Assembly: GCA_036171915.1 (NCBI GenBank)
Contig: JAVHRY010000008.1
Location: forward strand, 1-63,674
DNA length: 63,674 nt
Direction: 5' to 3'
Source of the DNA: Elusimicrobiales bacterium
Lineage (GTDB): Bacteria > Elusimicrobiota > Elusimicrobia > Elusimicrobiales > UBA9959
Position numbers and translations under genes: made by a program. Positions within the stretch are counted from its first letter, which is position 1. Each line of letters starts with the position of its first letter. This document shows, piece after piece, positions 15,693-24,575 of the stretch. A model generated the notes under the pieces. The model had not been told where the DNA came from and made no database searches. It was given only the letters and a program-made list of their open reading frames with translations.

Positions 15693-18239
15693 CTACTCCT
15701 CGCTCCACTTTATGAACAGCGGCATAAGCGCGTTTACGGCGTCCGGGTGCTTCCCTATAACCCGCACGGCGAAGTCGTGGCGGCCGCTCTTGTAACAGAG
15801 CAGTTCCCCTTTATAAACGTAAGCGTCGCCCATGCGCACGTCGTGCGCCATGGACACCGAGCGGCCTTCTTTAAAGAGCCCCTCCCGGCCCGCGGTGCCC
15901 ACGTGCAGCTGCACGTCCACGTCCTCCGGCTTAAGGTCGCCCAGCCACACGACCGCGCGCACCGGCACCTTATCCCCGGCGTGAACTTCCATCTCCGGCT
16001 TGAATTGGTCGGTAACTACGCGTACCCGCGGCCAGTTTTCCTCTAACTTTTTGCGCCAGCGCGCCAGTTCCGCCACGCGGGAATTATCGGCGAACTTCAC
16101 GGAGGACCGGTGCGCGTATACATAGAACTTTTCATAATACTCGCGCAGCATGCGGTTGGTATTGAAATGCGGCACAAGCTTCTGCACGCAGGCCTTCATC
16201 ATCTTTATCCAGCCGTGCGGCAGGCCGTCCGCGCCGCGGTCGTAATAAAGGGGGGCTATGACTTTCTTTATAAGGTTATAGATGGACTCCGCCTCCACGT
16301 AATCCCGTTCCTCTTCGCTGTTGTACTCCTCGGTGCCGCCGATGGCCCAGCCCACGTCGGGAGAGTAGCCCTCCATCCACCAGCCGTCCAGCACGGACAG
16401 GTTCATTACGCCGTTCGCGGCCGCCTTCATACCGCTGGTGCCGGAAGCCTCGAGCGGCCTTATGGGGTTGTTCATCCACACGTCCACGCCCTGCACCATA
16501 TAGCGGGCCACGTTCATATTGTAGTCCTCCACGAAGATAATGCGGTTCTTGAAGCGCTTATCCAGCGAAAGCTTCGCCACGGCCTTTATAAACTCCTTAC
16601 CGCTGGTATCGGCCTGGTGCGCCTTTCCGGCGAATACGAACTGCACCGGCAGCTGCTCGCTGGTAACAAGTTCCAGCAGGCGCTCCAGATCCCGCATGAA
16701 CAGCGTAGCGCGCTTGTAGGTGGCGAACCGCCTGGCAAAACCTATGGTCAGGAAATCCGGGTTAAGCACTTCCGCGACCTCGGCCAGCACAGTACGGTCG
16801 GCGGCAAGGCGCATGTGCTGGCGCTTAAGGCGCTCGCGCACAAGGCTGACCAGCTTGACTTTACGCACCATATGCGTGTCCCACATTTCTTTGTCGGGGA
16901 TATCCGCCAGCTTCGCGAAATCGCAGGAGTCCGGAATGTCGTTGCCCCCCCCCGCGAGGTAGCGGCTGTAGAGCTGGTGGTGCTCGTGGCTTATCCAGGA
17001 ACTGGTATGCACGCCGTTGGTTATCCCGTCTATCGGCACTTCATAGCGCGGCAGCCCCGGCCAGAGCATGGCCCACATGTCGCGGGAGACGTCGCGGTGC
17101 AGGAGGCTTACCCCGTTAAGGAAAGCGCACAGCCGCAGCGCCACCACGGTCATGCAGAAGGCCATGGAGGTGTGCTCTTCCTTGCCTATCTCCAGGAACT
17201 CGGGGAAGGTAAGCCCCAGCTCGCGGGAATAACTTTCAAGGTACTTGCGCATCAGCTCAAAATCGAAATGCTCGTTGCCGGCCATCACCGGAGTATGGGT
17301 GGTAAATACCGAAGATGCCCAGACGATCTCGCGGGCTTCGGCGAAAGACAGGCTGCGGCTCCGCATCAGGTGGCGGATACGCTCAAAAAGCAGGAAGGCG
17401 CTGTGCCCCTCGTTGACGTGGAACACGGTGGGAGCCAGCCCCATCGCCTCCAGCGCCCGCGCGCCGCCTATGCCCAGCACTATTTCCTGGCGTATCCGGT
17501 TTTCCCTGTCGCCGCCGTAAAGCTGCTCCGTGATGGTCCGCGCCTGCTGCGAATTTTCCGGCAGGTTGGTGTCCAGGAGGAAAAGAGAAGTCCGGCCCAC
17601 CGGCACCTTCCAGACGCCCACCAGCACTTTCTCTCCTGCCAGGTCCACTTCAACGCGCAGCGGAGCGCCGGCCTGGGTCCTGACTACCTCCACCGGCATG
17701 TTGTACCAGTCGTTCTCGGGGTAGCGCTCCACCTGCCAGTTGTCGCGGTTAAGCACCTGCTGCACGTAACCCTTGCGGTAAAGAAGCCCCACGCTGACTA
17801 TAGGGACGCCCAGGTCGGAAGCCGATTTCTGGTGGTCGCCCGACAGCATACCTAGGCCGCCGGAATAGATGGGGAGACCTTCGCCTATGCCGTATTCCAT
17901 GGAAAAATACGCCACCAGCATGTTTTTATCCTGCGCCCGGGAATTCTTGGCGAACCAGGTATCCTTGTAGGCGATATAGGATTCGTATTTCTGTTTCATC
18001 TCGGCGAGTTTCCCCAGGAAAGCCCCGTCCCTGCTCAGCGCCTCCAGGCGCTCCGGCGCCAGCGTGCCCAGTATCCATTTTGGATTGCGGTGGGAGCGGT
18101 GCCAGAGTTCCTCGTCGATGCTGACGAACATCATTATGGCGTCCCAGTTCCAGGTGAACCACATATTGGTAGAAAGTTCCTCCAGCGCTTTAAGGCTTTC
18201 CGGAAGATTGGGGATGACGTTAAAGGATTTAATTTTCAT
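15693..18239 (-). CDS. glgP: Alpha-glucan phosphorylase (GT35, DUF3417-type)
   Basis: 848 aa. The N-terminal LEELSTNMWFTWN (DUF3417) and the EASGTSGMKAAANG PLP-lysine motif are present. Confidence 0.88.
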   Translation of the reverse strand: MKIKSFNVIPNLPESLKALEELSTNMWFTWNWDAIMMFVSIDEELWHRSHRNPKWILGTLAPERLEALSRDGAFLGKLAEMKQKYESYIAYKDTWFAKNSRAQDKNMLVAYFSMEYGIGEGLPIYSGGLGMLSGDHQKSASDLGVPIVSVGLLYRKGYVQQVLNRDNWQVERYPENDWYNMPVEVVRTQAGAPLRVEVDLAGEKVLVGVWKVPVGRTSLFLLDTNLPENSQQARTITEQLYGGDRENRIRQEIVLGIGGARALEAMGLAPTVFHVNEGHSAFLLFERIRHLMRSRSLSFAEAREIVWASSVFTTHTPVMAGNEHFDFELMRKYLESYSRELGLTFPEFLEIGKEEHTSMAFCMTVVALRLCAFLNGVSLLHRDVSRDMWAMLWPGLPRYEVPIDGITNGVHTSSWISHEHHQLYSRYLAGGGNDIPDSCDFAKLADIPDKEMWDTHMVRKVKLVSLVRERLKRQHMRLAADRTVLAEVAEVLNPDFLTIGFARRFATYKRATLFMRDLERLLELVTSEQLPVQFVFAGKAHQADTSGKEFIKAVAKLSLDKRFKNRIIFVEDYNMNVARYMVQGVDVWMNNPIRPLEASGTSGMKAAANGVMNLSVLDGWWMEGYSPDVGWAIGGTEEYNSEEERDYVEAESIYNLIKKVIAPLYYDRGADGLPHGWIKMMKACVQKLVPHFNTNRMLREYYEKFYVYAHRSSVKFADNSRVAELARWRKKLEENWPRVRVVTDQFKPEMEVHAGDKVPVRAVVWLGDLKPEDVDVQLHVGTAGREGLFKEGRSVSMAHDVRMGDAYVYKGELLCYKSGRHDFAVRVIGKHPDAVNALMPLFIKWSEE

Positions 18240-18434
18240 TTTTTCTCCACCGATATTATCCGCTTATTCTTAAATTCTATTAAATTTATGGCCGCGATAA
18301 AAAATAACCGGGCGCATCATCCCCTCCCGCAAACTCAAAGATCCGCTGCGGACTTGAAGTTTACGCCGGTTTTCGATATAATAATAGGCAGGTCAGTAAA
18401 ATTTGGTCTGGTACCTTTAGCGGTTTTCGGTTTT

Positions 18435-18510
18435 GGGCGTGTAGCTCAGTTGGGAGAGCGCCTCCATGGCATGGAGGAGGTCGCAGGTTCGATCCCTGTC
18501 ACGTCCACCA
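18435..18510 (+). tRNA. tRNA-Ala (anticodon GGC), CCA encoded
   Basis: The cloverleaf was folded by eye. The acceptor GGGCGTG/CACGTCC has the G3:U70 alanine identity pair. The anticodon arm is CCTCC-ATGGCAT-GGAGG, the T-loop is GGTTCGATCC, and the 3' end is ACCA. Confidence 0.9.
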
Positions 18511-18516
18511 AATTTA

Positions 18517-18539
18517 AAAGCCCCGCAAGGGGCTTTTTT
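18517..18539 (+). terminator. Terminator after tRNA-Ala
   Basis: AAAAGCCCC-GCAA-GGGGCTTTTTT. Confidence 0.8.
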
Positions 18540-18737
18540 ATTGCGGACGTGAAACGAGCCATAATTATGGCTCGTGCCAGGGATCGAAAGCCGGAGCTTC
18601 GAGGCCAGCAGGCCGCAGAAGCGAGGCGGGGCCGCGACCCGAGGCGCACGACGGCGCGCCGAGGAGTTGTGGCCGATCCCATCGATATAACCAGCTGCCC
18701 CCCGTGTTTTCCCTTTATATTTGTTAAAATAAACCTC

Positions 18738-19901
18738 ATGCCGAACAGCCTCAACATATTTCACCTCGACGACGGCAAAGAACTGCGCGGCGGCCAGCGC
18801 CAGCTGCTGTATCTTGTCAAAGAGCTCAATAAACTGGGCCACAACAACGTTGTGGTCTGCCGCCAAGGCTCGCCGCTGCAAGCCGCGGCCGCCCGTAAAG
18901 GCTTAAAACACTTCACTCTTCCTTATCTGTTCGAATGGGACCCCGTTTCGGCTCTTAAGCTGCGCGCCGTCCTGAAAGCACTGCCGCCACCGCCCGGAGG
19001 CACGCCGCCCGTGCTGCACTCCCACACATCGCACGCGGCCGCCGTCTCCTGGCTGGCCTCCGCCGGGCTTGACTGCGTGCGCGTAGCGCACCGCCGCGTG
19101 GACTTCATCCCCGGCGCCCTGGCCGCCCGCTTCAAATACAGGCACGCGCACAGCGTGATCGCCATCTCCGAAGCGGTTAAAGAAATACTTTTAAAGGCCG
19201 GAGTTCCCGACGAAAAAGTGGCCGTGGTGAACAGCACGATAGACCTGGACGACACCCCCTGGAAACCGGGAGAATTTGCCGCCTACCGCTCGGCCGCCCG
19301 CCAGGCCCTGGCCGCGGAACTCAATATTCCCGCCGGCGCTTTCTGGGCCGGTTCGCTGATAGCCCTGGTGCCGCACAAAGACCCGGAGAACATGGTGCGC
19401 GCCGCGGCGCTTGTAATAAAAGACGCGCCCGGCACCTTCTTCCTTATAGCCGGGGAAGGCCCGCTGGCGGATAAAACCGCCCGCCTCGCCCATATGCTCA
19501 GGATCCAGGACAATTTCAAGCTGATCGGCTACCGCAGCGACCCCTATAAAATTTTAGCCGCGCTGGATATGTTCGTGCTTTCTTCCCGCGAGGAGGGCAT
19601 GGGCAGCGTGTTGGTCGAGGCCATGAACGCCAGCCTCCCCATAGTTGCCACCAACGCCGGCGGGATCGGCGACGTAATAGAGAACGGCACCAACGGCCTC
19701 ACTGTGGCGCCCCGCGACCACGCGGCCCTTGCCCGCGCCGCGCTCAGCCTTATAAATGACGCCCCGCTGCGCTCGCGCCTGTCCGCCGAAGCCCACCGCC
19801 GCCGCGAGGATTTCTCCTCGCCGCGCATGGCGGCCCTCACTCTTAATTGTTATGAAAAAGCCATTGCGGATTTTAAGCGTAATAGACATCCCGTGGAATA
19901 G
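18738..19901 (+). CDS. Glycosyltransferase family 4
   Basis: The track ORF 18090..19901 runs across the tRNA, so it was trimmed to the ATG at 18738 (MPNSLNIFHLDDGKELRGGQRQLLYLVKELNKLGH). The C-terminal part has the GT1/GT4 EEGMGSVLVEAMN E-x7-E motif. Confidence 0.8.
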   Translation: MPNSLNIFHLDDGKELRGGQRQLLYLVKELNKLGHNNVVVCRQGSPLQAAAARKGLKHFTLPYLFEWDPVSALKLRAVLKALPPPPGGTPPVLHSHTSHAAAVSWLASAGLDCVRVAHRRVDFIPGALAARFKYRHAHSVIAISEAVKEILLKAGVPDEKVAVVNSTIDLDDTPWKPGEFAAYRSAARQALAAELNIPAGAFWAGSLIALVPHKDPENMVRAAALVIKDAPGTFFLIAGEGPLADKTARLAHMLRIQDNFKLIGYRSDPYKILAALDMFVLSSREEGMGSVLVEAMNASLPIVATNAGGIGDVIENGTNGLTVAPRDHAALARAALSLINDAPLRSRLSAEAHRRREDFSSPRMAALTLNCYEKAIADFKRNRHPVE

Positions 19902-20901
19902 CGGGCTGGCGGCTTACGCTTTTGACCAGGCCCTGGCGCTGCGCGCCGGGGGCCACTGCGTGTTTTTCGCCTGCCCGGAAGGCAGCGCGGCCATGGCCCT
20001 CGCCCGCAGTTCCGGCTTTACCTCTTTTCCCGTCCCCGGCCGCAAGCAATACCACCGCCTGCCGCTGGCCCTGCTGCGCCTGCGCTCGATAGCGCGCGAC
20101 AACGGCATAGATATTGCCGCCGCCCACACGGGCCGCGCACAGACCCTCTCCTGCCTGCTGGGCGTGCCTGTGCTGCGCGTAAAGGCCGACGCCCAGAAAC
20201 CTTCGGCGGGTTTCGCCTTCTCCCCCGCAACAAGGACGATAGCGGCCTCGGCCTATATCAAACGGCTTTATATCGAAGCCGGCTTTGACCCGGAGAAAGT
20301 GACGGTAATACGCCAGGGCATAAAGCCCTTTGCCGTTATTCCCCATCACCTTCCGTCCCCTCCCTTAAAAATAGGGCTGCTCGGCCGCCTGGACCCGGTA
20401 AAGGGCCACAAGTGTTTCCTTGAAGCCGCGTCCCTGCTGCTGCGCGCCGGCACAAAGGCGGAATTTCATATAGCCGGCTACGAGGCCAATATAAAATACT
20501 CCGACCTTGAAAACACAGCGGGCAGGCTCGGCATACGCGGCAGCGTGTTCTTCCACGGCAAGGTGGACGGGCCTTACGCTTTCATGGCCGCCTGCGACCT
20601 CGGAGTTATAGCCTCGCTGGGCAGCGAAGCGGTTTCGCGCGCCGCGCTGGAATGGCTGACCTCCGGCAAGCCCCTGGTAGCCTCCTGCGCGGGCAGCCTG
20701 CCCGAATTCGTGGACAGGGAGCTGCTGGTCCCCCCCGGCGATCCCGCCGCGTTGGCGGCGAAGCTCGGGGCCCTGCTGGCGGACCACGTTAAACTTAAGG
20801 AACTCGGCGAGCGGAACCGCGCCAGGGCCGAGCGCGATTTTTCCTACGCCGCCTTCGCAGCCGCCACCTGCGCCGTTTTCGAGCAGGCCGCCGGGAAATA
20901 A
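19852..20901 (+). CDS. Glycosyltransferase family 4
   Basis: Trimmed to MKKPLRILSVIDIPWNSGLAAY (ATG 19852). It has a GT4 two-Rossmann layout. The start is uncertain and overlaps the previous gene by 50 nt. Confidence 0.7.
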   Translation: MKKPLRILSVIDIPWNSGLAAYAFDQALALRAGGHCVFFACPEGSAAMALARSSGFTSFPVPGRKQYHRLPLALLRLRSIARDNGIDIAAAHTGRAQTLSCLLGVPVLRVKADAQKPSAGFAFSPATRTIAASAYIKRLYIEAGFDPEKVTVIRQGIKPFAVIPHHLPSPPLKIGLLGRLDPVKGHKCFLEAASLLLRAGTKAEFHIAGYEANIKYSDLENTAGRLGIRGSVFFHGKVDGPYAFMAACDLGVIASLGSEAVSRAALEWLTSGKPLVASCAGSLPEFVDRELLVPPGDPAALAAKLGALLADHVKLKELGERNRARAERDFSYAAFAAATCAVFEQAAGK

Positions 20902-20903
20902 CT

Positions 20904-21641
20904 ATGCCCGCCCTTTCAATAGCCATGATAGCCAACAACGAGGAAAAGAACCTCGCGCGGGCGCTTGGCAGCGCGGCCTGGGCCGACGAGATAGTTTTTG
21001 TGGACTGCGGTTCAACCGACGGCACCGCCCTGGCCGCCAGGGATTTCAAGGTTAAATATTTCGCCCGGCCCAACAACCGCGCCGTCTACGTGAACAAACA
21101 GTTCGCCGTGGACCAGGCCTCTTCCGACTGGGTCCTGGTCCTGGACGCCGACGAGGAGATATCCCCCGCCCTGCGCGCCGAGATCAGGCGCGCCATAGCC
21201 GCCCCCAACGCCCTCGCGGCCTTCACCCTGCCCCGCCGCAATTTCTATTTCGGCCGCTGGCTCAGGCACGGCGGGAAATACCCCGACACCCAGCTGCGCC
21301 TTTTCCGCCGCGGCTCGGCCCGCTTCCTGCCGCTGCCCGTGCACGAACGCCTGGAGGTAAACGGCGCCGTGGGCGCCCTTAAAGAGCCGCTGCTCCACTA
21401 CCCGTATTCGGACCAAGCCGACATGGCCAGGAAAAGGGATTTCTATTCCGAAATACTCGCCAGCTCCTACGCTTTAAAAGGGCGCAGCCGCCTTTTCATC
21501 ATCTTCCGCCCCTTCAGCCGTTTCCTATCCGCCTATGTGCTGAAGCTGGGCTTCCTGGACGGCGCGGCCGGCCTAAAAACGGCCGTTATGGATTTCAGGA
21601 ACGTAATGGCTTCCGCGCTTCGCTACATAAAGAAAACCTAG
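20904..21641 (+). CDS. Glycosyltransferase family 2 (LPS-core type)
   Basis: 245 aa with LSIAMIANNEEKNL, VFVDCGSTDGT and VLVLDADEE (DxD). Confidence 0.8.
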   Translation: MPALSIAMIANNEEKNLARALGSAAWADEIVFVDCGSTDGTALAARDFKVKYFARPNNRAVYVNKQFAVDQASSDWVLVLDADEEISPALRAEIRRAIAAPNALAAFTLPRRNFYFGRWLRHGGKYPDTQLRLFRRGSARFLPLPVHERLEVNGAVGALKEPLLHYPYSDQADMARKRDFYSEILASSYALKGRSRLFIIFRPFSRFLSAYVLKLGFLDGAAGLKTAVMDFRNVMASALRYIKKT

Positions 21642-21714
21642 TGCCCCAAGGGCCTACCCGCTGGCAGGCCTTTTTCCCCTGCCCGGGGCGCCGGTTTAAG
21701 ACTATAATATAGTT

Positions 21715-22845
21715 ATGGGTCATAAAACTTTAACAACACTTCTGCTGGCCGTGCTCGTGCTGCCGGCTTTTTCCGCCGCCCGGGCCTACGACGAGGAAAC
21801 CGACATCAGGTTTCAAACCAACATCTATCCCATAGTAATTAAACTGCCCGCCGCCCAGAAAACCGGCGCAGTATCCTTCGAGACCGCCTTCAGCGAAGCC
21901 CCCTCCGCCGACTACGACACCGTACTGGTGCAGGGCCTCATGCCGGACCCCTCGGTCAGGCTGGACTTCACCCCCAAGTCGGCTGCCGGCGCCTGCGCGC
22001 AGACGGCCATCCACCGTTTCCTCAACGGCCGCTTCTGGGCTAGGTACCGCTGCCCCGCCGGCCGCCAGCCGGTCCGGCTCAGCGTGGTGAACCTGGGCGT
22101 GAACCGGGACGCCACCCTCACCCTTTACGAAGCCGAACTGCTTAAAGCGGGTTCCATGAGGGAAGAGAAAGAAGTCCTGGTTTCCACATTCGTCTACGTG
22201 CCCGACCCGACGCTCAATCTGCCGGACTCCGCCCCTTTCAAGCTTATCCGCCGCGCCGAGTGGAAAGCCCTGCCCCCCACCGCCAATTACACCCCGCACG
22301 CGCCTTTTTACTTCACGCTGCACCACACCCAGGCCCACTATCCCAGGACCCTGGCGGAATCCATAGCCGAAATGCAGTTCATCCAGGATTTCCACCAGAA
22401 CGGCCGCGGCTGGATCGACATCGCCTACCACTTCCTGATAGACCCGGCGGGCAACATCTTCGAAGGCCGCCCCATAAAAGCCCTGGGGGCGCACGTGCTG
22501 AGCCACAACCCCGGCAACGTCGGCATTTCCATTATGGGCAATTACCACCCGCCCGTGCATGACGTTTTTACCGACAGCACGCGTGATTCCTTCGTGGCTG
22601 TGGGCCGCTATCTTAAGGACACCTATGACGTGAACGTCAGCAGCTTCTACGCCCACCGCGACATCGGCAATACCGACTGCCCCGGCGACGACCTCTACGC
22701 CAAGAAAGGCCTGCTGCGCGACCTCATCTTCACCCCCGGGCCCCAGGTTATACAGGTCCCTCCAACTGCCCCCGCGGCCCCGTCCGATCTCACCCCCACC
22801 CAGAACCGCAGCCTCCAGCGACTCCTCAACAACCTCTCCCGCTAA
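21715..22845 (+). CDS. Secreted N-acetylmuramoyl-L-alanine amidase domain protein (Amidase_2/PGRP)
   Basis: 376 aa with a signal peptide. The C-terminal half has TLHHTQ, IAYHFLIDPAGNIFEGR, GAHVLSHNPGNVGISIMGNY and HRDIGNTDCPG. Confidence 0.8.
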   Translation: MGHKTLTTLLLAVLVLPAFSAARAYDEETDIRFQTNIYPIVIKLPAAQKTGAVSFETAFSEAPSADYDTVLVQGLMPDPSVRLDFTPKSAAGACAQTAIHRFLNGRFWARYRCPAGRQPVRLSVVNLGVNRDATLTLYEAELLKAGSMREEKEVLVSTFVYVPDPTLNLPDSAPFKLIRRAEWKALPPTANYTPHAPFYFTLHHTQAHYPRTLAESIAEMQFIQDFHQNGRGWIDIAYHFLIDPAGNIFEGRPIKALGAHVLSHNPGNVGISIMGNYHPPVHDVFTDSTRDSFVAVGRYLKDTYDVNVSSFYAHRDIGNTDCPGDDLYAKKGLLRDLIFTPGPQVIQVPPTAPAAPSDLTPTQNRSLQRLLNNLSR

Positions 22846-22857
22846 AATCTATCGTGG

Positions 22858-22880
22858 CTATCGAGGTTGAGCCTCAATAG
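22858..22880. repeat. REP copy (form A, one mismatch)
   Basis: CTATCGAGGTTGAGCCTCAATAG against the consensus CTATTGAGGTTGAGCCTCAATAG. A partial half-site GAGCCTCAAT follows at 22884-22893. Confidence 0.8.
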
Positions 22881-22896
22881 CCAGAGCCTCAATGAC

Positions 22897-22923
22897 AAAA
22901 AACGCCCTGAGAAGGGCGTTTTT
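22897..22923. terminator. Bidirectional terminator between the amidase gene and lysA
   Basis: AAAAAACGCCC-TGAGAA-GGGCGTTTTT. Confidence 0.8.
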
Positions 22924-22944
22924 AGTTTCCGTAGGCCGGGTCTC

Positions 22945-22966
22945 CTATTGAGGCTCAACCTCAATA
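22945..22966. repeat. REP copy (form B, inverted orientation)
   Basis: CTATTGAGGCTCAACCTCAATA is the reverse complement of the form at 22858. Together they form an inverted doublet around the terminator. Confidence 0.85.
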
Positions 22967-22970
22967 CTGG

Positions 22971-24188
22971 TTAGAGTTCGGAGGCGGTAAGGTCCTGGTA
23001 GGTTTCGCGGCGGCGGATCAGACGCCAGGAGCTGGGGCCGGTGATGAGGGCTTCGGCGGCGCGGGGACGGGAATTGTACTGCGAACTCATCGAGAAGCCG
23101 TAAGCCCCGGCCGAATAAATGACCAGCAGCTGGCCTATGGCAGGCTCAGAAAGGCTAACATCCTGGGCCAGGAAATCACCGCTCTCGCAGACCGGGCCCA
23201 CTATGTCGTAAACCTTGCGTTCTCCGCGCCCCGGGGCAACAAGGGCCACGGGGTGTTTGGCACCGTAAAGAGCCGGCCTGACCAGGTCGTTCATGGCCGC
23301 GTCCACCACTATAAAATTCTTATGCCCGCCGCGCTTGCGGTAGATAACCTTTGTAAGCAGCAGCCCCGAGGGCGCGGCGATGGACCGGCCAGGCTCAAGT
23401 ATAAGCTTAAGCCCGGTACCCTGGAACACCCCGGCCACGGCTTTGGCCAGCGGTGCCAGCGCGGGCATTTCCCCGCCTTCTTTAACACCCCAGCCGCCGC
23501 CTGCGTCGGCGTACTTTAGGTTCACGCCGCGCGAAGCCAGCCTGAGAATAAAAGCCGCAAGCCGCCCGGCCGCCAGGGCGTAAGGCACGGCTGAATAAAC
23601 CTGGGACCCTATATGAAAATGCGCGCCCACCGGTTCCAGGTGTTCGGATTCAGCCGCGTACTTGTAGATCTTCTCGGCTTCCTCAAAAGAAACGCCGAAT
23701 TTGCTGCCCAGCTTGCCGGTGGTGATGAACTTATGCGTGTGCGGGTCCACGTCGGGGTTTATCCGGAGCGAGAGCGGCGCCCGCACCTTTAGCCGCGCAG
23801 CCTCGCGCTCCAGCGCCTGCACTTCCTCAAAAGATTCCGCGTTGATGAACAGCACGCCCGACATAAGCGCGTAAGCCAGTTCTTCCGAAGTCTTCCCCAC
23901 GCCGGAAAAAATTATCCGGGCCGGTCTGAAGCCGGCCTTCAGCGCGCGGTACAACTCCCCCCCGCTCACCACGTCCGCGCCAAAGCCCTCGGCCGCGGCC
24001 AACGCGCACAGCGCCCCGCTGGAGTTGGCCTTCATGGCGTAGCAGAACAGCGGGTCCAGCGCGCGGAAGGCTTTCTTATATGAAGTTATCTGCTTAAGGA
24101 AGGCGGCCTTCGAATAAACGTAAACGGGCGTACCCGCCTTGGCGGCGATCTCTTTAAGTACGGAAGGCTTGAAGTATCTGGAGAGCAT
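22971..24188 (-). CDS. lysA: Diaminopimelate decarboxylase
   Basis: 405 aa with YAMKANS (PLP lysine), HIGSQ, GGGWG and CESGD motifs. Confidence 0.92.
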   Translation of the reverse strand: MLSRYFKPSVLKEIAAKAGTPVYVYSKAAFLKQITSYKKAFRALDPLFCYAMKANSSGALCALAAAEGFGADVVSGGELYRALKAGFRPARIIFSGVGKTSEELAYALMSGVLFINAESFEEVQALEREAARLKVRAPLSLRINPDVDPHTHKFITTGKLGSKFGVSFEEAEKIYKYAAESEHLEPVGAHFHIGSQVYSAVPYALAAGRLAAFILRLASRGVNLKYADAGGGWGVKEGGEMPALAPLAKAVAGVFQGTGLKLILEPGRSIAAPSGLLLTKVIYRKRGGHKNFIVVDAAMNDLVRPALYGAKHPVALVAPGRGERKVYDIVGPVCESGDFLAQDVSLSEPAIGQLLVIYSAGAYGFSMSSQYNSRPRAAEALITGPSSWRLIRRRETYQDLTASEL

Positions 24189-24360
24189 AGTTTTATAATA
24201 TAAAAATTTCCTTAGTAATTAACATCACACTCACCCGGCTGGCTTGCCGGGTTAGCAAAACCGCCATGAGGCCGAGGCTTGCGCAGCGCCGAGGCCGAAT
24301 GCCGAGCGAGGCCACGGGGTGGCCGAGCGCGTTTTGCGTTCCGACAAGCCGGCCGGGCAT

Positions 24361-24386
24361 AAAAATAGCGGGGGATTTCCCCCCGC
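24361..24386 (-). terminator. Terminator after tRNA-Leu
   Basis: Minus strand GCGGGGG-GAAAT-CCCCCGC followed by TATTTTT. Confidence 0.7.
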
Positions 24387-24409
24387 CTGGTGTCGTCTGA
24401 AAAATAAAT

Positions 24410-24491
24410 TGCTCGGGGGGGGAATCGAACCCCCACGCCGTTAGGCACACGCCCCTCAAACGTGCGTGTCTACCAGTTCCACCACCCGAGC
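24410..24491 (-). tRNA. tRNA-Leu (anticodon GAG), CCA not encoded
   Basis: Minus-strand sequence GCTCGGGTGGTGGAACTGGTAGACACGCACGTTTGAGGGGCGTGTGCCTAACGGCGTGGGGGTTCGATTCCCCCCCCGAGCA. It has a class II long variable arm, anticodon loop TTGAGGG and T-loop GGTTCGATTCC. Confidence 0.88.
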
Positions 24492-24575
24492 ATAAATCGT
24501 ATTTTGACCGAAACATCTTTAAAAGAACGTGTGTATATTTTACCAAATTCCGGGCATAAATTGTAAAATATAGAC

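Noticed and set aside
18090-18737. N-terminal 216 codons of the 603-aa track ORF 18090..19901.
   Set aside because: The frame reads antisense through the glgP start region, then straight through tRNA-Ala and its terminator. Glycosyltransferase similarity begins only at the Met at 18738.
19756-19851. 32-codon extension of the second GT4 gene.
   Set aside because: It is Arg/Pro/Ala-rich and lies inside the previous gene. The GT4-like sequence starts at MKKPLRILSV (19852).
24235-24357. GC-rich, CGAGGC-rich ~120-nt tracts next to both tRNAs (24235-24357 and 18576-18680) with short terminal inverted repeats (CCCGGCTGGCTTG/CAAGCCGGCCGGG; GGGATCG/CGATCCC). Considered as a MITE family or integration scars.
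   Set aside because: The terminal repeats are short or imperfect and not beyond chance expectation. The two tracts share only low-complexity words, not an alignable consensus. This is worth a genome-wide repeat search but is not supportable from this window alone.
24189-24409. Possible lysine riboswitch (L-box) or other leader upstream of lysA.
   Set aside because: No L-box core motifs are recognisable. An AT-rich promoter-like sequence sits immediately upstream of the ATG, leaving almost no leader. The GC-rich tract lies upstream of that promoter.
24193-24546. ORFs 24193..24546(-) and 24212..24448(-).
   Set aside because: They overlap tRNA-Leu and its terminator and have no protein-like features.
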